Shown here piece by piece: positions 52,571 to 64,000 of a stretch of DNA of 64,000 nucleotides. Numbering within the stretch: position 1 is the first letter of the stretch; every line of letters begins with the position of its first letter. Below the pieces are notes generated by a model. It was not told the DNA's origin. It did no database searches and saw only the letters and a list, made by a program, of their open reading frames with translations. The DNA lies in assembly GCA_964016885.1 (NCBI GenBank), contig OZ024740.1:340628001-340692000 (forward strand), in the 5' to 3' direction. The stretch comes from Eledone cirrhosa (Eukaryota). The translations under genes were made by a program, and so were the position numbers.

Positions 52571-54250
52571 AGCACAAACTCCTACTAAAAATCTGGTAAT
52601 GAAAGGATTAAGATGCAAGTTGATATTAGCTGTTAGGTAACAGGAATACTTCAGAACTTTCAGATTGTTCTGAATAAATATTGAATGAAAGTATACCAAC
52701 ATGTCTGATATTTTTGTTGCTAAGAAAGACAGAAAATATGTTTTATATTATAGGATTTGTACATGTGGTTGGTGTTAGGAAGAGCATCCAGCTGTAAAAA
52801 TTTCGGCCAAATTTACAGTACCATTGGAGCAAGGTATGGCGTGGCTAATTCTGGCCAAACTTGTCTCTCGACATGGACAACCTGTCTAACCCATGCAAGC
52901 ACGGAAAATGGACATTAAACAGTGATGATGTTTCAGGAATTGATAAGATCTTTTATTAGAAATTAATATTTGCATTTTTATCTTTAAAATTCTTGTCAAA
53001 TCAATCCCCCCTATCCCTTACAACAAAAGAACTCCATAAACCCATGTGGAAGGATGCTGTGCTGGGAAAGACTTGTCCAACCCATGCAAGTTTGGAAAAA
53101 TAGATGTAGAACAATGATGATGATTGTAAGCTGATCTCCGTATTTAATAACTATTTTGTATAAATTTGGTTCATAATTAAGAACTGTCTTTAACTTTTTC
53201 ATGACTTTATTTCTAACATAATACACTGTGTGTTTTGGTTGATTTTGAAATGAATCAAGAATTTAGAAGGAATTTAGTAAAATAGTTAACACTTCAGATA
53301 TTAATGTATTAAGCTGTTGTTAGGAACATAAATTTACAAATAGTTCTTAGATTAAATTACAACTGACGGTTTGTAAATAAAATATGCTGATGGTTTTTTA
53401 TCATGGAGACTTAGGTTGTTTCTAGCTTAATCTTTAACCTTTGTAGGTTAACCCTTTTTATTAGATCTTTTTAGCACCAGATGCTGCTAGTATTGGTTGG
53501 ATAGTTTTGTTATTGTTTCACAGCGAGATATTGATGTGTTGTAATTGTTTTAGCTTGATTAACACAACTGAAGTGTATTTTTAAAATGTCAATGATAGAG
53601 ATTTATTTAGATATATTTAGAGATTTATTTTTTATTTCTTTGTTTTACAATTTTGGAAAACTCTACACTGAACATTTCGTTTGTTCCTCCGATCTCTTAA
53701 TTTCTTGTTGTGTTAGTGTTTGTGGATTTTTAAAAATAGAAATTAAAATGCTGCACCAATAACTCTTAGATATGTCCCTTGCTACCACTGATTCATTAAA
53801 ATGGCTATTTTAGATATGCCACACACATCCCTCAAGTGCTTATATTGAATATCCAGGTTTGGGAATAGGTACACTGTATCCCTGTATGTCAAAAGAGGAA
53901 ACTAAAAAACTTGACAACAGGAAGGGTTTTCAACCTTGAAATACTGCCTCAAAAAATCTCATTGGACCCATGCCAGCATGGAAAAGAGAATGTAAAAATG
54001 ATGGCAAACAGAGTTACTGGTACTTTTCCTTTCTCTTGAAATTGCTGGTCTTGTGCCAATTGTATAAGACCTATAAAGAATTTTGTTCTTTGTTACACTA
54101 TTTAAATTTAATCCTACATTTCTTTATGGTTTACTTTCTTTTATAATATTTCTGTTTCACTAAAAAAATGTTTTATCTTATCTCCTGTATAAGCCACCAC
54201 TTCAAACACCATACAATATTTTCCTCAAACTGGAATAACTCTTGTCTTAA

Positions 54251-54471
54251 CCCTTTACCATTTATATTATTCTATATATACTATTATATCTTTATGGTAA
54301 AAGCTTTACCCCACATAATTATCTCGCATAATATCGAACCTATGAGATTTTGATATTATTTATTTTGAGAACAATACCTTAACATCAGTATAAGCGGCCA
54401 GTTATTGTCAGTTTGAACAGAAAAAAGTGAGAGAATTCTGGCCACATCCAGCCGGTTTAAATGCCAAAAGG
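54251..54471. mobile_element. piggyBac-type MITE family 1, intact
   Basis: TTAA|ccctttaccattta ... taaatgccaaaagg|TTAA. Confidence 0.8.
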
Positions 54472-54579
54472 TTAAAGAACACTAGAAGAAACCTTAACAA
54501 GAATTACAGAACACATCTTATGAATTAATTCTATATGACAATCTACATTCTATACTCAGCTTGGTGCTAAAATAATTCT

Positions 54580-54745
54580 CTTCCATCTAACACACCATTC
54601 CTCCATCTAACACACCATTCCTCCATATAACACACCATTCCTCCATATAACACACCATTCCTCCATATAACACACCATTCCTCCATATAACTCATCATTC
54701 CTCCATCTAACTCACCATTCATTCATCTAACTCATTACTCTCCAT
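54580..54745. repeat. 20-bp minisatellite CTCCATATAACACACCATTC, ~8 copies
   Basis: Direct reading. Confidence 0.9.
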
Positions 54746-54864
54746 GGATGTCTATCTTTCCTCCATGCATGTCTATCTTGGCATCATATCACATGAGTTA
54801 GTTTTGATCTACACCATTCTAAGTTTTTCCTCAGTCTATATCTATCTCATTTACTTTGTCATAA

Positions 54865-55073
54865 CCCTTTAGCATTTCAACTGGCCATATCCGGCCAGAA
54901 TTCTCTCACTTTTTTATGTTCAAATTGTCTGTAACTGACCACTCGTAGTGATATTGTTCTCAAAATATATATCAAAATCTCATAGATTTGATATTATGTG
55001 AGATAATTATGTGAGGTAAAGCCTTTACTGTGAAAATATAATAGTAAATATAGAGTAATATAAATGCTAAAGG
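54865..55073. mobile_element. piggyBac-type MITE family 1, opposite orientation to 54251 copy; another partial copy ends at 55551
   Basis: ccctttagcattt ... aaatgctaaagg|ttaa. Confidence 0.8.
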
Positions 55074-56389
55074 TTAAAGTATCATCACCTCACATAATGT
55101 ATCCTTGCCTATCAAAACCTCTGCCAATATTTTTGTAAGGCTTTCCCAGTTTTCTTCTATTATAAAACCATACATACCATTAAACTATCATACAAACATA
55201 TACATGTGTATGAATATTTATACAAGTGTATGTGTACATGTCTATGAATATATAATTGCTATGTCTCTTTGCAGTTATTGGTTGTGTGTGTTTACTACTC
55301 AGTGAGGGAGGATAGAGCACTGCCGCTAACCTTTTACAGAGCCTCCAAAACTGGTGGGAAGGAGTTCTATCACCTCCTTCTGTTCAAACCGGTCATAACT
55401 AGCCACTTATACTGATGTTAAGGCATTGTTCTCAAAATAAATAATATCAAAATGTCATAGATTCAATATTATGTGAGATAATTATAAGGTAAATAAAGCC
55501 TTTACCATGAAAATATAATAGTAAATATAGAGTAATGTAAATGCTAAAGGGTTAAAAGGGGAATTTAGAAGAACATTATATATTCATTGTAAATGATAAG
55601 TATTCAAAAACTGCTGTGGAAAATTGACAGAGAAACAGAAAATTAAATATGCAGTAGTTGGCAACAGGGGGTAATTAAATGAATCCACATATTTCACAGA
55701 TAGCTTGCTTGAACTGGTGAACAGTGTCTATTACCAGGGTAACCTAATTAGTTGAGGATGGGGTAGTTGATATATACCAGCCAGAGTAAGGGAAGGGTGC
55801 AAAATTTCAGTGGTCTGAAAAAACAAGCAAACAGACAATATGAAGTATGCATAAAAAGTGTGATGCTACATAGTAGTGAGACATGAGTATTGAATGTGGA
55901 AGAACTGTTGAAACTGGGTATATATGAGCTGAGTATGATTAAAATATTATATGTAAGTATTAACTTACATGAAAGGAGGAAAAGTACACTCCTTTTCGAA
56001 TGAGGGTGTAAAGGGAAAGATGTGGAAAGAGTGTTTGTGGAAGATGACTGGGAGATGTTAGTGGATGAGGAATGGAAGCAGATAAGTGGTGTACACGACC
56101 TTGGTCATAATGGAGTTGACTGTTGTAGGAAATGAAGATGGAGGAAGTAAGAGAGAGAGAGAGGGAGGGAGGCAAGTATGTAGTTGGAAGAGTGCAAGGG
56201 AAATGGATGTCAAGCAGAGAAGTGTACAGTAGAGATTGGGTACACAGATTTTGCAGGACTCACTGTCAGGAGGGGGTTTAGGTAAGGTTGAACTTGAAAG
56301 GTAGGTGAGGTTGGTTCATATATAGCAGAGAAATTAGCAAACAACCCTAGATGGTGTCAAATAGGGCTCCCAAATACAGTACCAGCCAG

Positions 56390-56800
56390 CCAGATTGAAG
56401 AAGACGAGGTCTGGTGTACTACTGACAATTTTCTACTTTATGGAGAGCTGAACCAGAGCAAGTCCTCAATGGACAGAAGAAACCTTTCAAAAACAATTTT
56501 TAAACGTGTCCCTCAAAAGCCCCAATATCAATCCCAGAAGCTGGGAATCACTTGCCCTGGATCGTTCAACTTAGAAAAATAAAATCTTTAAGGGAACATG
56601 TGCAACAGAAACTAGACACTTGGTACAGAGGAAGTGTCTAGTGTGCAAAGCACGAGTCACATCCACTTCCACTGCAGCACTTACCCACATGTGGGCGTGA
56701 TCGTCAGAACTGAATTGATCTCACTAGTCACCTCTTGACCCACAGCCTAAGGTCCTCCACCCAACATTAGGTAGTGGTCATCTTTGACTATGAAAAATGA
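56390..56800 (+). mobile_element. Degenerate RTE (BovB-like) C-terminal fragment
   Basis: LLYGEL, WESLALDR and a decayed C2H2-like end. Confidence 0.6.
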
Positions 56801-57148
56801 ACAAATGAATACATTAGTACAGTGGAAGAATCAATGACAATCAAAATGACTGTCTTTGCCAACCACAAAAAAATAAATAAAAATACAAAGTAACTTAAAT
56901 AATAAATAATTTCTAATGATGATGATTCCATCATGTAATGTAACAATTAACTGTTAATAGACTAACAACTTTGCAATTAGAATGTAATATGTTTAAAGCA
57001 CTAATCATTTTTTTGTAGTTATAGTCCTAATTTTGTTTTCTATTTATGTCTACAGAATTTTCAAGTTTGTAACAGCACAAAATTAAAAGATTGAATTAAC
57101 ATTTAAAATATTGTTATTAACATTTTGAATAATTTTATATTAACATTG

Positions 57149-57310
57149 AGTGGCGTATTGGCAGAGTTGCTAGAACGTCGGATAGAGTGCTTTGCGGTAT
57201 TTGTTCTGGCTCTTTGCTCTCTGAGTTCAAATCCCATCAAGGTCAACTTTGACTTTCTTCCTTTTGTGGTCGATAAAATAAAAAGTACCATTCTAGTACT
57301 GGGGTCGATT
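57149..57310 (+). mobile_element. tRNA-derived SINE
   Basis: tggcagagttg A-box, gagttcaaatccc B-box, core ...gtcgataaaataaaaagtacca...tactggggtcgat. Confidence 0.8.
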
Positions 57311-57751
57311 CTTCCTCTATATCTCTTTCTCACTTCCTCTCTCGCACTTTCTATCATTCTCTGGAAGAAATCTGCTGTATTCAAACCTCGAGAGAGATGG
57401 TCTCTGCCAGGCTTTAAAAATGCCCAAGAAACACCATATGCCACTATGGCGCTCCTACAACTCCATTAGGAGTTATAAGACCTATTAAGATTTATTATAG
57501 TTTCTTGAATGCACCCTGTACCCTCTGTTAAGAAAACCTGCTAAACAAAGAGTCTGGAGGATTCTTCAGCTGTGTCAAAGACATGTCAACCTCCCTAAGA
57601 ATGGTGTCATGATAAAATGTACTTGGTAGACCACAGGAATTTATGTAATCAAAATGCAGGTCCCCTCTGCTTGGGTAGTGACTCATTCTGTGACGATGTC
57701 ATCATCATTGTCATTTTACGTCCACTTTTCCCTGCTTGCAATATATATATA

Positions 57752-57895
57752 TATTAGTACAGATTAAAGTTTAAGCAACAAATTTCTGCTTTCACCCTAT
57801 TATGGGTTCTTCAGAAGATCCTGTAATAGGTTGTGAGCAGAAATTCTTTGCTTAAACTTTAATCTGTACTAATAATAAATATTTACTCTACGGGT
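57752..57895. mobile_element. Foldback centred at 57813 containing a hammerhead core (Penelope-like inverted pLTR relic)
   Basis: Arms 57752-57812 and 57814-57874; minus strand reads CUGAAGA-ACCC-AUAAUA-GGGU-GAAA. Confidence 0.65.
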
Positions 57896-58887
57896 TTATA
57901 TATATATATATATATACAAAATCCTTATTGAGCACTCTTTGGATTTTGGTCTTTGTAATTATTATTACTTGCTCTTCCTTGAGCTCCCTGGATCAAAGGG
58001 GATTATTGTGAGTCATTTTACTCTACCTTTTAATTTGATGTATTTGGACTCCTAATTTATTAATTTGATATAGTTGAGCCTTTGTCTACTTGATTGGCTA
58101 TGGACTGTTATTTTTAGTGACCTAATAGCTTATTCAAGCCACCCTGAGCTAACTGATTCACACTGTCTGCTCATTGGCACCATGTGCTTTGGAAGTTAGC
58201 TACTTATTCTCTCTCTCTGTCTCTCATATATGAAGTTCATAGGATACAGGTACATCTGTTAATAAGCTCCTGTATGTATTATGATTCTTTGCATTTTTAT
58301 AGTGAAACATAGTATATATATATATATATATATGTTATATACCTTATGTCAATATATATATATATATATATATATATGTTATATACCTTATGTCAATATA
58401 TATAGATAATATATCTTATGTCCAGGTGTATATTGTTATAATGGAGGTTCGTAGATTATTAATTTGTATTTACCATTCCATCTGTAGTTTTTATGTGCTT
58501 TACCAGGGTGGTATTTTATCCTCTATTATCTACATAATTTATGTGCCTTTTATATATGTACTTAATACAAAATGAATGTTTGACATCATTCATTCTTACA
58601 AAAAATAATCATGTGTTTCCCTATCTATGATAGCTCTCAATACACACATATTAACAAGGTAGAGAATCGGTTATGAACTTCAGTGGTTTTAGCTTGAAGA
58701 GGTTACAAGCTTAAACTGCTTGAGCTCATAATGCATTATGTCTTTCAGTAAGACACTTTCTTTCACAATTCTCCTTCTGCCAGGAGTTGCAATCAGTAGA
58801 TAGTCTCAGCAATGGAAAGACCAATAGAAACTGGTCTGATTGGACAAGTTCCACCCAAATAGGTGAGTAAGGTCTGAGATCTTGTCT

Positions 58888-60530
58888 ATCATCATCATCA
58901 TCATCATCACCGTTTTACGTCCGTTCTTCCACGCTAGCATGGGTTAGACGGGTTGTCCTGTTGTGGGCAGTGTCTGGTCGGCTGACCATGCCTTGCTCAT
59001 ACAGGAACTGATTTGGCTTGATTTCTACAGCTGGATGCCCTTCCTAACACCAACCTCATTTACAGTGTGGGCTGGGTGCTTTTTTGCCGTAGCACCTCCA
59101 CGACCACCTTGCAGTGGGAGGGTGTGGGGGCATATTGTCTATATGCTTCAGCTTGTACCCATGGGAGGTCGGGTACTCTGTATTACTGCGTGACGCCAGA
59201 GGTCACGTCGTGAGTCATCGCCTTTGAGAGGTGTAATTGGGTAAGGTTGGCTTTTATCACCTCATCCCAGGTCATCTTGGGTCTCCCCACTCCGCGGTTT
59301 CCATCGACTTCTAGTGCTCTGCACCTTTTTATGCAGCTGTCATCCTTCATACGCATCACATGTCCATACCAACGCATCCGCCTCTCCTGCACACAGCATT
59401 TGATTCCTCTTATGCTCAGTCTCTCTCTCAATTCATTTATGCTTTGTCGTTCGCGTATATTACTGTTACACATCCATCGGAGCATGCAGGCTTCCTTTCT
59501 CTCTTATCTACGTAAGTCTTCCACCTTCAGCGCCCAGGTCTCACTACCATGTAACATTGCTGTTCGGATACACGCATCATACAGTCTGCCTTTCATTTTG
59601 AGGGAGAAGCCTTTTGCAGCTAGCAGTGGTAGTAGTTCCCTGAACTTCTTCCATCCCGTTCTTACCCTAGTTATTGTACTTTCTGAACACCCACCTCCGC
59701 TGCTAATTCAGTCACCTAGGTAGCAGAAGCTGTCTACTGTCTCTACAGAGCCCTCCCAGAGATTGGTGGTACTTGTTTCCTGTGGCTGTTTGCTGCTTGC
59801 TGTCCCAGTACAGCTGCTGCATGTGAAGCCTACATTCTTAATTAAGCTTCCTGAGATCCCGCTAGATCTCTTGTGTACCCATTGTTTGCATTTGGGGCAG
59901 AGAATGGAGTTCCTACCTACACCTTTCCTACATACTGAGAAAGGCCATTTCCCTGAGGGGATCTCGGTTCTGTTTTCTCGTCTACTTACAAGGACCTTAG
60001 TCTTTGTCATGTTGACTTTGAGACCCTTTCTTTCTAGTCCCTGCTTCCAAGTTTGGAATTTCTTCTCTAGTTCTACCATAGATTCAGCTATAAGTGCGAG
60101 GTCATCAGCATACAGGAGTTCCCATGGGCATCCGGTCTTAAACTCCTCCGTTATTGCCTGCAGGACTATGATGAACAGGAGAGGGCTAAGAACAGAGCTC
60201 TGGTGGACCCCAACCTGTACACTAAATTCCTCGCTATACTCATTGCTAATCCTAACTTTGCTGACTGCTCCCCTATACATGGCTTGTACCGCTTTCACAA
60301 GCCATTCATCTACTCCTAGTTTTCTAAGAGCCCACCAGATTACAGCACATGGAACTCTGTCAAAGGCTTTCTCGAGATGGATGAATGCCAGGTAGAGTGG
60401 CTTACTTTTAGCTAGGTACTTTTCCTGTAACTGCCTCACAAGGAAGAGGGCATCAGTGGTGCCTCTTCCTGGTACAAACCCAAATTGCATCTCATCTAGT
60501 TTCACCCGGTCCCTAATCAACTGTGCTATC
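58888..60530 (-). mobile_element. RTE family B, second near-identical 5'-truncated copy
   Basis: ORFs 59708-60565 (YADD intact) and 59183-59485; in-frame stop after YLGD; (CAT)n tail; 5' end abuts (TA)n. Confidence 0.95.
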
Positions 60531-60556
60531 AATTGATATATATATATATATATATC

Positions 60557-61001
60557 AAAAAGCACTCAACCCACACTGTATTGTGATCGTGTAGGTGTCA
60601 CAACAAAAAGCACCCAGTCCACTCTGTAAAGTGGTTGTGTAAGTGTCATGACAAAAAGTGACCAGTCCACACTGTAAAGTGGTCGTGTAGGTGTCACAGC
60701 AATAAGCACCCAGTCCATACTATAAAGTGGTTGTATAGGTGTCACAGCAATAAGCACCCAGTCCATACTATAAAGTGGTTGTATAGGTGTTACAACAAAA
60801 ACCACCCAGTCCACACTGTAAAGTGGTCATGTAGGTGTCATGACAAAAAGCGCCCGGTCCACACTGTAAATGTGCTTGGCATTAGGAAGGGCATCCAGCT
60901 GTAGAAAACAAGCCAAAATCAGTTCCATGTGTGTGAATCAAGATCCTCAACTTGTCCTACCCGCGTTAACATGGAAAATGGATGTTAAACAATGATGATG
61001 A
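60557..61001 (+). mobile_element. RTE 3' UTR with ~6.5 tandem 48-bp units and tail
   Basis: Unit GTAGGTGTCACAACAAAAAGCACCCAGTCCACACTGTAAAGTGGTCGT (16-aa period in ORF 60566-60814); gaagggcatccagctgtagaaa core; (ATG)n tail. Confidence 0.85.
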
Positions 61002-61489
61002 TATTGTATAGTAGTGTGTTAACCGTCATATGGTGGTAGAAACATGCTCTTGCCAATGTGGGTAGTGTTATAACAAGAATTGATGTGTGTGACAAACATG
61101 TTGGAATGTAGCAGTTTTGAATTTCTCCCTCAGGGCGTGTAGGGATACATTCTCTTCTGCTGCCACTGATTGGCTGAGCCAAGCCAAATCACGCACAGAG
61201 AATGTATGTGAGCCTGCGGAGCGTAGGTCACTACAATGTTGTCTATCACTACAGTGTTATATATGTACAATAATTATAATTTTACTTTGTTCAAATTGAA
61301 TGCATACTTATTTTTAAGATGTTAAATTAAAAAATATAATTCAATTAGACAAATTCCTCATTTGTATATTTTCAGTAATATATGTCATCAATAACAATAA
61401 TATTGTTTAACTCTCAATTAATTGAAGGTGTAATATATTGATTCTATATAAGACAGTGTGACATTTTTAACACTCGACATTGAGTCTAA

Positions 61490-61750
61490 AGTCTGTCGCA
61501 AGCCAGGAGGCTCATCAGGCCAATGTTTATCCCGGTTTTGTGGCGTGAAGTGACTGAGAGTACAAGACTCCCCCCTGGACAGGCTACCAGTCCATCGCAG
61601 TGTTAAATCCCCAGCTATTACTGGTACTCATTTTCAGCTGAGTATACTGGAGCAATGTGAAATAAAGTGTTTTGTTTAAGAACACAACACACAACCCAGC
61701 CCGCGACATTATGATCGTAAGTTTAAGACCCTTACAACTAGGCCACGTGT
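61490..61750 (-). mobile_element. tRNA-derived SINE (CORE-like)
   Basis: Minus strand gtggcctagttgtaag A-box head, then ttgtgttcttaaacaaaacactttatttcacattgctccagt core-like block. Confidence 0.7.
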
Positions 61751-61934
61751 CACCACCAACATTGAGTACTAGTAGTAATAATACCATGAAGGCCTATTTT
61801 AAGATATATCCTCTGAAATGTTTAATTAAACATATTCTATTCTAAGATATATCCTGCAGATTATTTGTATAATTTCTAGAATTAAAAAAAAACTTACTAT
61901 TTAAAAGAAACTTATTTTGTTTTTTCCTTTTCAG

Positions 61935-62006
61935 ATTTGAAAGCATTTGAAAGACGGTTGACTGAAGTCATTGACAAATTGCAGCCTGCAGCAAGGTTTT
62001 GGCGAA
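61935..62006 (+). CDS. CNEP1R1: CNEP1R1/TMEM188 coding exon 2 (72 nt): (D)[23 protein letters not shown]
   Basis: Polypyrimidine tract tttttccttttcAG|; donor A|GTAAGG; matches recalled [24 protein letters not shown]. Not in the ORF track. Later exons not seen in the window. Confidence 0.93.
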
Positions 62007-62084
62007 GTAAGGCGATAATTTAAGTTCTTGTAGTGTTTCTCCTATTTTCTCACAAAATTTCTGCCAACCTGAAATTACTAATAC

Positions 62085-62275
62085 TAATAATTGTTTCTAA
62101 CTTTGGCACAAGAGATGGTAAAAATTAATTGTATCAATCTTTGTACTTGATCTCCAAAGGATGACAGGCAAAGTTGACCTCAGCAGGATTTGAACTTAGA
62201 ATGTAAAGAGCCAGAACAAATACTACTAAACATTTGTCCAATGTTCTATTGATATTGCCAATCTACTGCCATTAA
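62085..62275 (-). mobile_element. tRNA-derived SINE
   Basis: aaaggatgacaggcaaagttgacctcagcaggatttgaact is the reverse complement of the core and B-box; tail aattgtttctaactttggcacaag. Confidence 0.75.
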
Positions 62276-63049
62276 TGGTTTCTAATGTTGGCACAAAAAC
62301 AATTAGTATACACACACAGTACACACAGTTACACCACTGTAAACACTCATTCCTGCAACATATGCAGCCGTACCACATGCAGTTGATGCTCCTCAACCAT
62401 ACACACCAACACCACTGAGAGACCTATACACTCAGTCACTATTATTGCATTCATAACTTCATGCAGCTATAAAAACACCTGTGCATTTATCCACATCCAC
62501 CCTCCTGATGTCACCCCTCTACCTAATTAAAACATTTTTTTGTTTCTTCTTTTTCTCTTGTTTCCTCATTTCTTTCCAATATGTTGAAGAAACTTCTTTT
62601 TTCCTTTCACAACTGTTAACCTAATAACATCTTTTGTAATTTGTTCTGTTTTGGTTTTCAATGCTTTTCATTGTCCATCTCTCTCTCTCTCTCTCTCTCT
62701 CTGTGGTGCTGAGACCACTAACCATGGGAGTACTTAATGCATGGGGAGATGTAAGTGGGTATAGAGATATTTAAAATCCTGACTGTGGCCCTGCACTTGG
62801 GATTTTACATCTCTCTCTCTCCCTCTAATCATCATTTAATTCCTGCTTTCACTGATATATACAAGAGGGTATGTGTGCATGGGTATTTGTCTCTTTTCTT
62901 CACTTTGTATTTTATATTGAACTATGCACTGTATGTGTGTATGCTTGTTTGAATTTGTCTCCTCTTTTTTCTTCACTTAGTATTGATATTGAACTGTGCA
63001 CTTGACATGTATGAAACCTCTTTTAGTTTCAACAGTATTTAAGTTTGAA

Positions 63050-63420
63050 GTAAATTAAACTTCATCTTTTCCATGTGTTCCTCTCTATAACAGCATCTCA
63101 TCATTTGTTGCATTTCTTCATCTCCTTTATAAGTTTTAGCATCCACTGCCTGGCAACTGACTTGGTAGACACCCACAAGAGTATTAACCATCTTTCCAAC
63201 AACAGCCCTGGGCACCTTTTTGAATTCCATGTGTGTAACACCTGTGGACATGCTTACAAAATCAGAAAACAGCACAGCTCCCATGATTTCTGGAAACATT
63301 TTTTTCACACTCAGAGTTGCTGAAGCTTGAGGACGACAGTTGTTAGCCGTCGAGACACTGCATCCTTCAAAACTTCCATGCTTCCCGAAATTCACCAACA
63401 CTACATCTGATATTTCTTTT
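63050..63420 (+). mobile_element. Possible decayed Penelope-like (GIY-YIG region) fragment; similar relics suspected at 55620-56360(-) and 62330-62520
   Basis: PG.F...CNTC and GRQL remnants across frameshifts; weak. Confidence 0.3.
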
Positions 63421-64000
63421 CAATACACACGCACACACGTGTGTGTGTGTGTGTATATATCATGACTTGTACACTGTTCACTTTCCTGACTTTTGTACAT
63501 TATTCTATGTACTATACATGCACTTTTGATGATTTGTGCACCTGAATACTGTACACAATAATTTTCATTATAATTATCATCCTGAGATCACCTTTCACTA
63601 TTTCTGCCTGTATTTTCCTTGGTTTTTCTCTTCCATGGCTTGGAACTCCTTCTTTACCAAATTAATCCATATGTATTAATGTAATTACCAGCGCAGTTTT
63701 CCTTCATGCACACAGCATATGATTCCTTTTTTACTTAGTTTTTCTTTTAACTTATCTGTGCTTTATTGTTCATGCACCCTAACATTGCACATCCAACTAA
63801 GTATGCTCACTTCATTTCTTTCCAGCCTCAGCATTCACAGCCTACGTCTAACTACCATACAACTTATTCTTACAATTCTTTTTGCAGTTATTCTAATCAT
63901 CATTTCAATATGCACAGCCATTGGAGCATGGACCTGGTTGTGGGATCCTGCCACTGCTCAGATATCATTCATCCAGTCTCTGTGGAATCATCCTTTCTTC

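Noticed and set aside
57149-57240. tRNA genes at A/B-box sites
   Set aside because: No cloverleaf; each continues into SINE core sequence.
60557-60875. CRISPR-like periodicity, and the same 48-bp period as the big satellite
   Set aside because: Units are contiguous with no unique spacers or cas genes in a eukaryotic context. Similarity to the satellite unit is limited to low-complexity cac/ccc words, so common origin is unsupported.

Overview
AT-rich, intron-dominated eukaryotic (animal) DNA. The repeat content (RTE LINEs with (ATG)n tails, tRNA-SINEs, Penelope-like relics, long (TA)n) suggests a cephalopod/octopus-type genome; this is an inference. Almost all ORFs in the supplied track are artefacts or transposon fragments. 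Host genes: a head-to-head pair around a CCAAT-containing interval at ~21.4 kb. On +, CNEP1R1/TMEM188 has coding exon 1 (MSFEQTE, 21524-21545) joined in frame across a ~40.4-kb intron to exon 2 ([24 protein letters not shown], 61935-62006). On -, an RRM-protein gene has a coding exon at 14578-14839 and a probable non-coding exon 1 ending at 21340. Bases 1-9670 are a 48-bp C/A-rich satellite with kb-scale internal duplications. The rest is 5'-truncated RTE LINEs of several families (the youngest carry a PHD-like C4HC3 finger inside the RT), SINEs, TTAA-flanked MITEs and foldbacks. Most notable: a 510-bp direct-repeat-bounded unit with a type I hammerhead ribozyme fold (retrozyme/Penelope pLTR-like), two foldbacks pivoting on hammerhead cores, a full-length 5S rRNA fused to a SINE-type 3' tail, a possible alternative CNEP1R1 first exon, and a three-layer nested insertion. 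All coordinates were read by eye; ends of degenerate repeats are approximate.
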